In this document: in pieces, positions 23,427-36,110 of the stretch
How the letters are laid out: every line of letters begins with the position of its first letter
Position numbering within the stretch: the first letter of the stretch is position 1
NCBI RefSeq assembly: GCF_006345805.1
Contig: NW_021834424.1
Coordinates: 1 to 51,307, forward strand
Length of the DNA stretch: 51,307 nt
Direction of reading: 5' to 3'
DNA from: Octopus sinensis
Lineage: Eukaryota
The notes under the pieces: model-generated
Databases searched by the model: none
What the model was told of the DNA's origin: nothing
What the model saw: the letters and a program-made list of their open reading frames with translations, nothing else
Made by a program: the position numbers and the translations under genes

Positions 23427-26400
23427 TAGTTTTTATTTATAGCGTGCTTTCACTTCACTACCGAGCGCAGCTCTGTGTGTGCCTCTTGGGTATGTGCTGT
23501 GATTTGTTGTTGATGCTCTGATGGTTATTGTATGGAAAGTGTCGTGCTATTGTCCTGCGTAGATGTTGTGTTGTATGTCATTGTTGTTTGTTGGGTCTGT
23601 ACCTTGGTGTTTTTGCTTGTCTGAATATTTTTTTATCATGCCTAATGCACCTACTATGATAGGAATTGTTTCTCTGTTTTAGATTCCACATTCTAGTTAC
23701 CTCTATTTCCAGTCTTTGTATTTTGAGAGTTTCTCCATTCTTTTAGAGACACGTTGTCATCAGCCGGTATTGATCAGTTAGAAAGCATTTTTCTTCATGA
23801 TCTCTGACAACTATATCTGGTCTGTTGGCCTTAATTTCTCTGTCTGTGTGTATCGGCATATCCAGAGTAGTTACTTTCTCGTTTTCTGTGACCTTTTCTG
23901 GTGTGTGCCTATACCATCTTTTTTCTGTTGTTATTCCATAATGTTGGCATAGCTTCAATGTATGTAGGTTCAAACTCTGTCATGTCTGTGAATATATTCC
24001 TTCTTAGCCAGGACTGGGCAGCTAGAGATAATATGATTTATTGTTTCTTGTCCATCTCCACATATTCTGCATTTACTTGTAATATTTCTTTTCATTACAT
24101 GTTTTTGGTAATTACTGGTGGGGGGCTTTGGTCTTGTGCTGCAATTAAAAATCCCTCTGTTTCTGCTTTGAGTCCTGAGCTTCTCAACCATTGCTGGGAA
24201 TTTTCTTTGTCTATTTCTTTTGCGTTTAGTTTAGTCCAGTATTTACCATGAAGGGGCTTTTCTTGCCATCGTTTTATCATGGTTCGTTGCTGTTCTAGTT
24301 TTAGTTTGGATTTCATTTGTTTTATAGCTTTTGTTGTTTCTTCATCTTCTTCTTCTTCTTCTTCATGTTTATTAGGTGGTATGATTTCTTGTTTGCATGT
24401 GTCAGCTTCCTTAAATACTGGGAACAGTTTTTTGTTTTGCTCGTGTTTTGCCGCTATCTGGATCAGTTTTCCTTCCTTCTGAAGTAGATATTTTTGCAGT
24501 CCTATGGTGGTTATTTTATAGTAGTTTTCCAGCTGTATAAGCCTCTACCACCTTCTATACTTTGTATATATAGTCTTTCTATGTCAGATTTTCGGTGATG
24601 CATCCTAGATCCTGTCATTATTTTTCTTGCTTTCCTATCTATTTTGGTCAGTTCATTTCGTGTCCAGTTAAGGATATTGTAGCTGTAACTTATAACTGGG
24701 ACAGCTAAAGTGTTGATACCTAATTATCTTGTTTTTAGCATTGACCTCTGTTTTTAGTATTGATCTAACTCGTCTATAATATTCTTTTTTTATTTTCTCT
24801 TTCATTTGTGTGTGTTGTGTCTTATCTTTTCGTGGATTCCTAAGTATTTGTAAGTTTGGCATTGGTCTAATTCTTTATTTCATTGGTTTTATCTAGTGTG
24901 ATGTTGCTATTCTTAAATATTTTTCATCTTTTCATGGTTACTTTGGCGCATTTTTCTAATCCAAATTTCATATCTATTTCTTTGGTAAATCCATGAACTG
25001 TCTTTAATAGTGTTTCCAGCTGTTTGTCATTTGCAGCGTATAGTTTTAGGTCATCCATATATAAAAGGTGGCTGATCGTTTTGCCGTAACATTTTATATC
25101 CGCATCCAGTTCTATTAGCATATCAGATAGAGGTGACAGTGCCAAGCAGAAATGAGTGGAGAGAGCGTGTCCCCATTAGAAGAATATTCCTCTTCTAATG
25201 AGGATGTCTTTGGTTTTCATGAGTCCCTCTTTTCTTTGGAGCTGTAGCACTGTTTGCCATTTATTCAAAGAGTGTCCTATGAATTTTATGATTGTTGGTG
25301 CTACTTTGGTAATGGCTAGTGTTTCGAGGATCCTGTGTGGGGGATGCTATCAAACGCCTTTTTGTAGTCAATCAAGGCCATACTGAGGCCTTTTTCTTCT
25401 TTCTGTGGCTGTCTTCAGTTATGGCTTTATTAATCATTAGTGTGATCTTTACAGCCATATGAGCCTTTGCGGCATCCTTTCTGCTCTTCTGGAACAGTTT
25501 GTTTTCGTCCAGGTGCTTGTTCAGCCTTTGCGATATCACTGCAGTAAATGCCTTGAACATAGTAGGGAGGCAGTTATTGTCTGTAGTTTTCTGGTTTTGC
25601 TGTTTCATTTGATTGGGAATTAGAGATTGTTTTCCCCCTTCGTGAGCCATTCAGGCATTGTCTCTGGCTCTGCTAGTATGTTGTTAAAATTTTCCTGTTA
25701 GATATTTCAACCAGAAGTTGGGGATCTTGTCATGCCCAGGTGCCTTCCAGTTGCTTAGTCGTTGCAGTGCCTGGGTGACCTCTTCAGTTGTTATGGGGGT
25801 CCAAAGTTGTTCAGATGCCGAGTTTGTTATTTTGATACTCCTTTTTTTTGGTTGTTCGTTCGCCGACCATATTTCTTTCCAGAATTCTTCCAATTCTCCT
25901 GCCGTTGGTGCTGCAGTGACTTCTATTTTATTTTTGCCCAGTTCTTGGTAGAACTTTTTGGGGTTGGAGTTGAACTTTTTGTTTTGTTCAAAGAAGCGTT
26001 GGCGTTTCTCGTACGGTGGATCCTTTGTGCTTTGGCAAGGATATCTTGCTTCAGCTTTTCTTTTATCTCAGGCAAATGTTTCTCTGTGATGTTATATTTG
26101 CGGAGTATTTTTGTTTTCTTTTTGTTGCTCAGTAGCGTTGATTGTTTGCTGATTTCATTAAGAATCGACAGGTCTTTTCTAATCTTTTAAATTTTGTTTT
26201 GGATGTTATTTATCCACAGGGTTTGTTTGGGTGGTGGTACTCCTGTTTGGGCGGGTTTGAGTGAGTATCCAGCTTCTTTTGTAGCTGCAGTGGCTGCTGC
26301 GTATATTAAGTCATTTAGCTCAGTGATATCACTTTTTTTTGTTTCAGCGGCTATTAGTTCCGTGACGGTTAGGTTTATGCTTTTTTATAATTGGTGTTGT

Positions 26401-27354
26401 TATTTCGTTTTGTTGTTATGGTCGGTGGTCCATTTTGAGCTCTGTGGTTTTCAGTTCTTTGATTATTTTATTTTTTATATTATCATAATCATTAGGCTCC
26501 CCTTCGTTGTTTACATCGTGTTTGTTGGGAATGTTGCGTTTGTCTTCGTGTTTTACAGTTTCAGTGTTTATAATTGGGCATTGTTGTGTGGCTTCTATCT
26601 ACATTTTCCTGATGTATTTTCTCCTTTAAATGTTCAATTTCTATTTCTGATATTTTTTTTTCTGTTGAGAATGTATCTTCGTACGTTAGCTAATTTATTA
26701 GGGTTCATTGCTGTATCCATGTCTATATCTCTATTATTTTCCTTCCATATTTTATATGTATGTGTTGTTGTATTTTCATTTTTTGGGTAGAGCACTGCTG
26801 TGAAGTATGCGTGTAAGATAGAAATGTATTCCTCACGTGTCCATTTACGTCTTTTGGGTTTTATTTGCGGGACATGAGGTACAACGTCCGGCCCATTATT
26901 TTGATGGTCGTCATTTTCGTAGGGTACCGGTCCGTTTATTTCTGTTGTCACATTATTTCGCACGTGTAGTTTTTCGTACATTTTTTGTTGTAAGTTTAAT
27001 GTACATACCGCTCGATTGTTATTCTTGGGTTAAATAGTATCGGTGGCATTTAATTTCTTCGTAGTTCCTTTGTACATGGTGTTTGGGGTCGGGGATGATC
27101 GTGATGTTCCACGCATATTTACATGTGTTGTGTTAGAGGTGGAGATGATATCGAGTCAAAATACATCATTTCGTTTCGAAAATAGTAATAAATTTCAATT
27201 AGTATTACTTACTCGGATACAGTCCAATTCTTTGTTAGTAAATCTTTGGCTCCATAGGGTGTCCTTGTTTTCGATGTTTGTGGATAGATTTCGGAGCTCT
27301 GTATTTTCCTTCTTACATCTTAAACGTCCTCCGGTGTTCTAAACGTCCCCCGTC
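23424..27354 (-). mobile_element. Full-length R4/Dong non-LTR retrotransposon inserted in (TAA)n, ORF disrupted
   Basis: KRRKWTREEY N-terminus; RGIF.GDTLSPL and SHLLYMDDLKLYA (RT); LHGKYW, KAETEGFLIAAQDQ, CRICG..ETINHIISSCP (CCHC); DREIKANRPDIVVRD (REL). (TTA)n lies directly at both ends. Confidence 0.93.
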
Positions 27355-27420
<66 letters not shown>

Positions 27421-27445
27421 CATTATTATTATATATATATATATA
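27355..27445. repeat. (TTA)n + (TA)n
   Basis: Directly visible. Confidence 0.95.
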
Positions 27446-28084
27446 GTTTAGATTCAGATGAATATGGTACTTAAGTTGAGGCACCAGAATTTAGAACAGT
27501 GTTACCCATACAATTTCAAAATAAGGTGATTAGAATCAAAATATACAACAAGGATATCCAGACGTAATGCAGTAAGATCGTTTCACGCAACTCAATTTAA
27601 CTTAACAATGCAACCATTACATCAATTTAAATGCAGATCAATCCCCAGTTGCACAAGGACATAGAATTTAATTAAATGAAAACACATGGACGCATTAGAA
27701 TAATTTTACCTCCAATCTCCAAGAAGTTAAGGAGATGGACAAAGAAGATGCTGCCTTCACTTCCACTTAGAAGCTACTGAGGTATCAGAAAGAAAGACTT
27801 GTTACAGATTTTGCTTGTCACTGTTTTATGGGGTCAGTTTTAATTCATAGACTAGTTTTATCAAATCCCTGTATATCTGAGGCCGAGAAAACGGGGGCAG
27901 TAGTAGGGCTGAAGGAGTCGACAGAAATCCTAGTGGGTATAGTCATAAAAATCAAGATTTATTTGAAGCAATATCGTGAGATTTGGTAAAAGGAAAATTT
28001 AAATCAAGATGTTAGCTGACAATTAAGGAGGCTGGGGAAATGAAACCGGGGAAATCTTATCATGTAGTACTATAGTTAATAATT

Positions 28085-29810
28085 TTAAGCAATACTGCTA
28101 TATTGTATAAAGTTAAAATTTAGAGTTATTCAAAGGACTATAAAGAAAAAGAATTATAACAAAAGGATAAAATGTTTTATGAATACGTTTGAATATATAC
28201 CAAACTTTTACCACAATAGAGGGAGGAAAAGAAATTATCTAGAAATAGTTTGATATTTATACATATTATAAACTTAAATACTAACCTATCAGATAGTATC
28301 TCTGAATACTGATCAATTGGTATACACTGGTATTTAATAAAGGACTACTGAGGTAAAAGAACATGCTAAATATATATATATTAATTAAATTATAATCTAA
28401 ACAGTTTATTTTAAGTAGTGAATATACCAGTATTGTTATATATAAGCTAAGTATGAATTTATAGAGGTACAAAAATTTAGATTTATTTTATAAATAAATA
28501 AATAAAAGCTATTATAAAATAATAAAGAAATAAAATAATCAGGTAGGGCAGAACACCATAGAAAAAGAATAAATTAGCTTAATCACTAAAAACATGATAA
28601 TATGTAGCTTATTTACCACAATAGAGAAGATATATAGAAAATGTATAATAATTAAAGATATATTAAACTAAAAATTATATCTTTACTTATTTAGCTAGTA
28701 TCAATAAAGACTGATACCTGGTATTAGCTAAGGGAGTGTTTATGTTATGGGACATTCTAATTTTGCACTAATTTTTTAAAACTAAGTGCTATATTATAGG
28801 TTTTAGAAGTTATTATTGTTACTCCATACATGATATTTATAGTTTCTTAGGGGTATTTAATTAGAAGGGCTACTTATATAAAGGTCCTTATAACTATTAA
28901 GATCAGGAGGGCAGAGCACTTTAAGAAAGGGATAAATCAAGTAATTTCGAAAGATCATTTCAGACAATATTGCCATATTGTATAAAGTTAAAATTTAGGG
29001 TAATCAAGAAGATTATTAAGAATGACATTATAACAAAAAGAAAAGGGTAAAACTCCTCTGCATACTTTTTAGTAAATATTTTACCACAATAGAGGGAGAA
29101 AATTTAAGTATATAGAAATATTTTAATAATTATGCTTATTATTTATCTAAATACTAACTTGTTAGATGGTAACTATGGAGATTGATCAATTGGAATTTAA
29201 CTGGTATTTAATAAAGGAGCATTGAGGCTAAAGAACATGTTAACTATATATTAATTGAATTAAGTTGAATTATTTTAAGTTGTGGAGATACCGGTATTGT
29301 TTTATATAAACTAAGTATGATTTAATAGGGGTACAAAGATTAGATTTATTAAAGGCTATTGTAAAATTTAAAAAATGATCAGGTAGGTTAGTGCACCATA
29401 GAAAAGGAATAAAGATAGCCTAATCAGTAAATGCATTACAAAGAATATATAACTAATTAACTTCAATAGAGAAGATTTATATAAAATTTATAATACTTTA
29501 AGTATTGTGAACTAAAAATTGTTTATTAACTTATTTAGCTTATTACAATCAAGTATTGGTTAAAAGAATATTGTTATTTAAAAGAACATGCTAATTATAT
29601 ACTAATTTTAAATGAAGTGGTATAATATAGGTTTTAAAAGTTAGCTAAGTTATTAGTGATGATCCGTACATGATATTACAGTTTCTTAGGGGTACTTAAT
29701 TAGGAGCGCTGCTTGTATAAAAGTCAATATAAATACTAAGATCAGGAGAATCTTAAGAAAGGGATAAAAAATTAATTACTAAAAGCTGTTTGAAACAATA
29801 TAGCCATATA
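28085..29810. repeat. AT-rich diverged tandem array of four ~365-475 bp monomers arranged as (AB)2
   Basis: Anchors ttaccacaatagag (28208, 28613, 29081, variant ~29460) and atcagg (28538, 28902, 29378, 29741). The motif caata.tgc.atattgtataaagttaaaatttag occurs at ~28090 and ~28965. Confidence 0.8.
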
Positions 29811-30419
29811 CCTTCTTGGTTTTCAGACGTTTAAAGGAAGATACCATCCCCTTTTTGAAACAAAAATAGCTATCATTTCTTATGGTTTAAGTTACAGTAG
29901 ATCTCAATAATTCCATATTCAGGGTGATAAAAACGCAGCGTTATACAATCGACGTCTGGAGTTTCCCGAGATCGTTAATGTCTTTACTCGCCACTAATAT
30001 TTTACAGAACATCAGCAAGGAACTCCCACTTACCACAATTGGTCCACTGGCAGTGAGATCTTAACGACTTTCCATTCACAAAGACTCCTTTTTCGGTCTA
30101 TGTTCACCTAAAAATGTAGCTGTCAAATAGACGAACTGTGAAAAACGTGTCTGACAAACGTTGACCACATCTGTTCACCGTCAAAGAATTACTGCAGATA
30201 TCACAGACTCAACACATTCCTGTGTAGTACCTTCTGCCGCAGCGTACCCAGTTCTTCGTGCCGCATCTGCTTTACATAAAAAGTAAAAGAGCTGATGCTC
30301 AACTACGGCCAGATGTGAAAGCGCAATGGTCAAGTGATAATATCATCGACATTATCTCGTATCTAATAATTTAGTTTTTCTTTGTTGAACGCTTCATTTA
30401 AAGTGATGGCATTGATGTC

Positions 30420-31300
30420 ACGTTATACTAAGTCTTGCATAAAAGAGTCGATGGCATTGACTCCATGGTAGAGAACGAGGTTGCGTTTGTCGAGCCTTAC
30501 TCTCCTGGCATTTGATTTCTTCCTTTTTTCTACTCGTGGATTTGAAGGTTTTGGTTCCGATGGTGATGGAACACCGCCACTTTGTACAATCTTGAGCTTG
30601 TGTTTCAAACGATATAAGCTCAAATTCAGTGGCTTTTAGTGTTATTTTGAGTTTGTCCCTGTATCTCTGAAGAGAGCAACTTTTGGTGTGGGAACCTTGA
30701 CTCTTCTATTCTTGTTAAATGTCCTGACAAATGAAATATAAGCGTTCACCAACACTGCCCGGCCTTTCAGGGTAGCATCGTCTCGGCCAATCTTTGTATA
30801 TGACTAGCCACCTTGACTCCACCTTGTTCCAGTATTTCAATTGTGTATCTGGATTTTTCCCTGCGGATCTTCATCATCCAACTTTGCAGTAGGTGCTTCT
30901 CAATATCTCTAGCTTAAGATGAAATGGCAAAAAAGTCAGTACATGCAGAAGAAACAAGATGGTGCAACTTTGACGGAAAGAGTGCATCATACTGAAAGGG
31001 TCGGGTAGGTGGCCATTCACTCCAGATATCGTTGCACATTTCATTGATCCAGCTGTAAAAGACGGAAGTAAAACCGGTTAATTTAAGGACAGCCACCAAG
31101 TATGAATATGATACTTCTTATTCGGCTCCTTTTGAAGCAGTGCTCCCGCTCTTCGACACATAGAACTAGTAACTCTTCCACTTTGCATTCTAATGTGTTT
31201 TACCGAACACGTAAGACACAAAGATAAAGCATGCAAGCTAGGCCACACAAAACAAGCAATTTGCTTCCAAGTGGAGCCAGACATCTCCTGCTATATTTCT
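30420..31300 (-). mobile_element. Highly degenerate Tx1/L1-clade RT fragment
   Basis: Manual translation YLVAVLKLTGFTSVFYSWI..VNGHLPDPFSMMHSFRQSC..VSSACTD..TLKGRAVLVNAYIS, paralleling 19545-20640. Confidence 0.7.
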
Positions 31301-31829
31301 ATGACGGTTATCGGCTTTACACAACTCACTTCCTTCGTTGGCGAAAGTCGTATAGGATCATCACGATAGACCCCTCGTTCTAGCCAGCCTAGATTATTCT
31401 GAAAAGTAACACTGAAAAGCCTTATATATATCTACTTGTGATTAAATAGCACTGGCCCATCTTTGTTACCATGCTGCACCTCTGCGATCCGGGATTATCA
31501 AAAAGCTTTCGCTCGTTTGAATCTTAAAGCGGGTGTTTTAACGCTAACAACGCATACTTCGTGTGCTTTGTGTTGAACAAATGGTCGAGGCAGTCTCACC
31601 ACAAGCATTTCGCTGTGAGACCTTTCCTAAGCGCTTCATCTAAGTTTCTAATTAGATCCCCCTCTATTGTAATTTTCACTATCGCTCCGACCCAACTAAA
31701 CCTTATTAATTCTACTCTAATCACTCTTTCCAGGTTGAATACCACTTTGTTATTGATGATTGCTTCCATCAAGACCCAGTTGACAAATTCGACCCAGTTG
31801 ACACATATATATATGTGTATGTGTGTGTT

Positions 31830-32040
31830 TGTGTGTCTGTGTTTGTCCCCCCAACATAGCTTGACAACCGATGCTGGTGTGTTTACGTCACCGTAACTTA
31901 GCGGTTCGGCAAAATAGACCGATAGAATAAATACTAGGCTTTCAAAGAATAAGTCCTGGGGTCGATTTGCCCGACTAAAAAGGCGGTGCTCCAGCATGCC
32001 CGCAGTCGAATGACTGAAACAAGTAAAAGAGTAAAAGAGT
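31830..32040 (+). mobile_element. SINE S1 tail
   Basis: gacaaccgatgctggtgtgtttacgtc..cttagcggttcggcaaa..ggcggtgctccagcatg..gactgaaacaagtaaaagag. Confidence 0.8.
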
Positions 32041-32090
32041 ATATATATATGTATGTATATATGTATGTATATATATATATATATATATAT

Positions 32091-35000
32091 TCTTCTTCTT
32101 ATTCCCCGTCTGTCTTGATAGACAATGGGTTGCGCCAAGGGTGGGGCCTACTTTGATGATGTGCAGCGTCTGCTGTGACTGCACAGTCCAATTCTAGAGT
32201 GGCAGTCCTTGGTACAGTTGCTGCATACGAACATCGATGGGTACGTGTGGGGTGTTGCTGCAGTTGTCCTCCTCCTGTCCCGCCTGTCCAACCACAGCTG
32301 TGCTCTCCTCTCCTCAGCCATGGAAACGCCTTTCCTCACCGTCCGACGCCAGGCAGAGCGGTCAGCAGCTGTTTCCTCCCACGTGTCCACACAGATGGTG
32401 AGTTCGCTGTACAAGATGTCTTTAGGCATGCGACCGTCCTGCATGCGGCAGACATGTCCGAGCCAGCGCAGTCGTCTCCGCACGAGGAGGGCATACATGC
32501 TTGGCATATTAGTATGTTCCAGGATGACTCCGTTTGGTACTCGGTCCTTCCAGGAGATGCCAAGGATCCGTCGAAGACACCGCATGTGGAAGCCGCTGAG
32601 GCGGCATTCCTGCCGGGTTATTGTGTCCAGCTCTCGCTGCCGTAGAGTAGGGTGCTCAGCACGCAGGCTCGGTACACTGCGATCTTGGTGGTTATTGTGA
32701 GCATGTTGTTTCCCACACTCTCCTGGAGAGCTTAGCCATGGTAGCAGCAGCCTTCCCAATCCGTCTGTTCAGCTCCGGCTCGAGGGACAGGCTGCTGGAG
32801 ACCGTCGATCCCAGGTAAGTGAACTCGTTCACCACCTGCAAGCTGTGGTCGCCGACACTGATGCTGGGGACCCCTCCGACGTCCTGGCCCATGATCTCTG
32901 TCTTTTTCAGGCTGATGGTAAGGCCGAACTCTTGGCAGGCATCCGCCAGGGAGCTGACCAGCCTCTGGAGACCCGGTTGGTTGTGTGATGTTAGGGCGGC
33001 ATCGTCAGCAAAGAGGATCTCTCTGATCAGCACCTGACGGACTTTGGTCTTAGCTCTGAGGCGCGCAAGATTGAACAATCCACCATCAGCCCTGGTGTGG
33101 AGGAACACTCCGTCGTCCGACGTTCTGAAGGCATAGGACAGGACAAGGGAGAAGAAAATTCCGAAGAGCGTCGGCGCCAGAACGCAACCCTATTTCACTC
33201 CACTATGGATGGGGAATGACTCCAAGGGCGATCCGTCAAACTGCACTATTCCCTGCATACCGTCGTGAAAGGAGGTGATGAGTTTCAGCAGTCTGGGAGG
33301 GCAACCTATCCTACCCAGGAGCGCAAACAGCCCCTCCCTGCTGACTGAGTCGAATGCCTTAGCCAGGTCGATGAAGGCTCTTTTCTTGAAGCTGCCTGAG
33401 TGAGAAGATCATGTCAATTGTAGACCTCTCTGCCCTAAAGCCAGACTGAGACTCGGGGTACACACGCTCTGCAAGTATTTGCAACCTCTTTAGGACCACC
33501 CTGGCAAATGCCTTACCGACAGTGCTGAGCAGTGATATGCCCCTGCAATTATTGCAGTCGCTTCTGTCCCCTTTGTTTTTATACAGTGTGATGATGTTTG
33601 CGTCACGCATATCCTTAGGGACAGAGCCTCCTCCCAGCACTGACAGAGCAGCTCGTGGAGATGGCCCAGAAGGGCTGGCTTCCCGCACTGGATGACTTCT
33701 GCGGGGATGCCGTCTTGCCCTGGTGCCTTGCCCCGAGCGAGTGAGTCATTGCTTTGCTCAGTTCTTCCTTTGTTGGAGGCAGGTCAAGCTCCTCCATGAC
33801 AGGCAGAGCAGGAATGCCGGCGAGGGCAGACCTGGTGACCACATTCTCAGTGGAGTAGAGGTTCTGGTAATGCTCGACCCACCTCTCCATCTGCTTCGCT
33901 TGGTCCTTGATGACCTCGCCATCTCTGGACTTCAGTGGAGCAACCTTTCTGACAGGGGCCCGAATGCTTTCTTCATCCCTCGTACATCCCTTTCACGTTA
34001 CCACTGTCAGCACACCACTGGATGTTCTGGCATAAGTTCTGCCAGTAGATGTTGGCGCAACGTCTGGCCGTCCTCTGGGCATCGCTTCTGGCTGTTCTCA
34101 GAGTAGCCAGGTTCTTTTCTGATGGGTCGCGCTTATAGTTGACCAGTGCTTCCCTCTTGGCAGCAATGACAGGTTCCATCTCAGGCTTCAAACCAGTCTT
34201 GATTTCTCCGCTCCCTCTTTCCTAGTGATGACATGGCTATTCTGCAAGTGGTGTCGCGAATAATCTGCCATCTCTCCTCGATGGTCGTGGCTGCGTGATC
34301 TTTAAGGGCCTCCTCCATGCGTTTGGTGAATTTCGAGCGGAGGTCGGGGTTGGTTGTCCTGGCGGTGTTGATGCGTGGTCGGCTTTTCCCTACGGGACGG
34401 TTGATTTTCTTTGGGGCCAATCGGACCCTGCTGCACACCAAAGAGTGGTCTGTATCACAGTCAGCACCATGGTAGCTGCGTATGAGAAGCACACTGCCGA
34501 GGTGGGCTCGCCGGGTGATGACCATGTCCAGTTGGTGCCAGTGTCCGGACCTTGGGTGCCTCCATGAGACCTGGTGATGCGGCTTAGTCATGAAGAATGT
34601 GTTGGAAACGCAAAGTTTCCGGTAAGAGCAAAGCTCCAACAGTCTCTGGCCATTCTCATTCACCTTCCCCACGCCAAAGCGTCCAAGGCAATCTGGCCAT
34701 GCCCCATGATCGGATTCCACCCTTGCGTTGAAGTCGCCCAGAAGGAAGATGGGCTCCGACCCTGGTATCTGGCTGATGGTGGCGTCGAGCTCCTCATAGA
34801 ACCGGTCTTTTATTTCCTGAGGAGAGTGGAGTGTTGGGACATAAGCACTAATTATGTTTGCCTTCCCCGTTGATGTTGCAAGGTTAAGAGTGAGGATGCG
34901 CTCTGAGCCATTTGAAGGAGGGATCACCATGGGGAGCAAGCTGTTCCTCACGGCAAACCCCACGCCATGCTGGCGGGCCTCCTCGACGGGTCTCCCCTGC

Positions 35001-36023
35001 CAGTAGAAGGTGTAGTCCTTCTCCCGTAGCATGCCGTCTGCGGCGAGCCTGGTCTCTTGCAGCGCCGTTATGTCGATGTTCAGCCTTTTCAATTCGGTGT
35101 TGATGACTGCAGTCTTCCTACTGTCGTTCATCTGTCGTAGATCGTCAATGATGCCAGGGCACCAGGTCCTGACATTCCAGGTGGCCAGTCGCAAGACTGG
35201 TGACTGGGTGTTTGTTTTTCCTTTGTTTGCTGGTGCAGGGTTTTCAGTCTGCTTTTCAGATTTTGTCCTAGCTCCAAGCACCCATTGAAGCGGGCAGTCT
35301 GTGGCGGGTCAGCACCATTATTGGCCGGGGGCTGCCCAGCTTAAGGCGGGCGGTAGCTGACCAGTGGGACTTCAATGATCCCTCCCACCGTTAGAGACGG
35401 CCCGTAGCGCCCGGGATTACGCCAATTCACCCTGGCTTATAACTCGTAACTGCCATCTCAGCTTGTTCCATCGATGGAGTAGTTTCTCCATGGCGCAAGC
35501 CTGGGCGGTAGAAACGAAGACACTGGGCTGCCCAGACACCAGAATCTCCCTCTCGGCCCCCCAGACATGATCCAAAGGAATGCAGTGCAGTACGTTTGGA
35601 GTCTGGTTGGCTGCAGGAGTTGCCGGAAAGGGGTCGAGATTCGACACCCTACCGCCTTCGGGGCTCCACTCCGGATTTTCTGTCTGGGTTTACTCCCATA
35701 GCCTTTCCCTCTCCCAAGAGCATCCGCAAGGCAGCGGAGCGAGGGTTTGGAGTCAGAGTTTTCCTTCTCCTAGACTGGCTGCCAACCAAGGCTAACGAGC
35801 CCAGTCTGCCCACCTGGTTATACCGCCAAGCACCCGGTCGCGCCACACAGCAGGCTCAGTGAGAACAGGGGTACCGCGTGAAGGTGCTGCTGTGGACACA
35901 GTAGTGCAGGAGAGGCCATTAGCAAGAACTTTCCACAGGCGCAGCCAGGTAGAAGTTCTGCAGCGATCATTACACCTGGAGAGGAGAGGCTATGAGAGAC
36001 GCAATCACTTTCCTTTGCCCCCC
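32091..36023 (-). mobile_element. Near full-length RTE-clade LINE, GC-rich, with small internal deletions and frameshifts
   Basis: ORF 34181-35281 is a complete APE domain. RT pieces 33359-33688 and 32692-33108 (LFADD, FTYLGS); C-terminus 32148-32759 ends CSNC..CHSRIGLCSHSRRC. Short (AAG)n tail; (TA)n on both sides; 5'UTR homologous to 11400-11520. Confidence 0.95.
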
Positions 36024-36059
36024 ATATATATATATATATATTATATATATTATATATAT

Positions 36060-36110
36060 ACGACGGTCTTTCAATTTCCATCTACCAAATCCACTCACAG
36101 TCTTGGTCGT
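36060..36110 (-). mobile_element. SINE S1 core fragment
   Basis: gacggtctttcaatttccatctaccaaatccactcaca is the reverse complement of the S1 core. Confidence 0.6.

Noticed and set aside
28085-29810. Mitochondrial insertion (NUMT) or C2H2 zinc-finger array as the explanation for the AT-rich repeat
   Set aside because: Sampled frames hit TAA/TAG even in the invertebrate mitochondrial code, and I recognised no mt gene, tRNA or rRNA motif. The LYCGK match is isolated and the period is ~400 bp, not 84 bp. Only a BLAST would fully exclude a control-region origin.
32175-35288. Plus-strand ORFs overlapping the RTE (e.g. 32175-32645, 33723-34106)
   Set aside because: These are antisense shadows of GC-rich RTE coding sequence.
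35760-35815. Possible HDV-like ribozyme in the RTE 5'UTR (gactgg...ccagtc pairing)
   Set aside because: I could not build a canonical nested P1/P1.1/P2/P3 fold by eye, and it lies ~200 nt inside the apparent 5' end. It needs a descriptor search.
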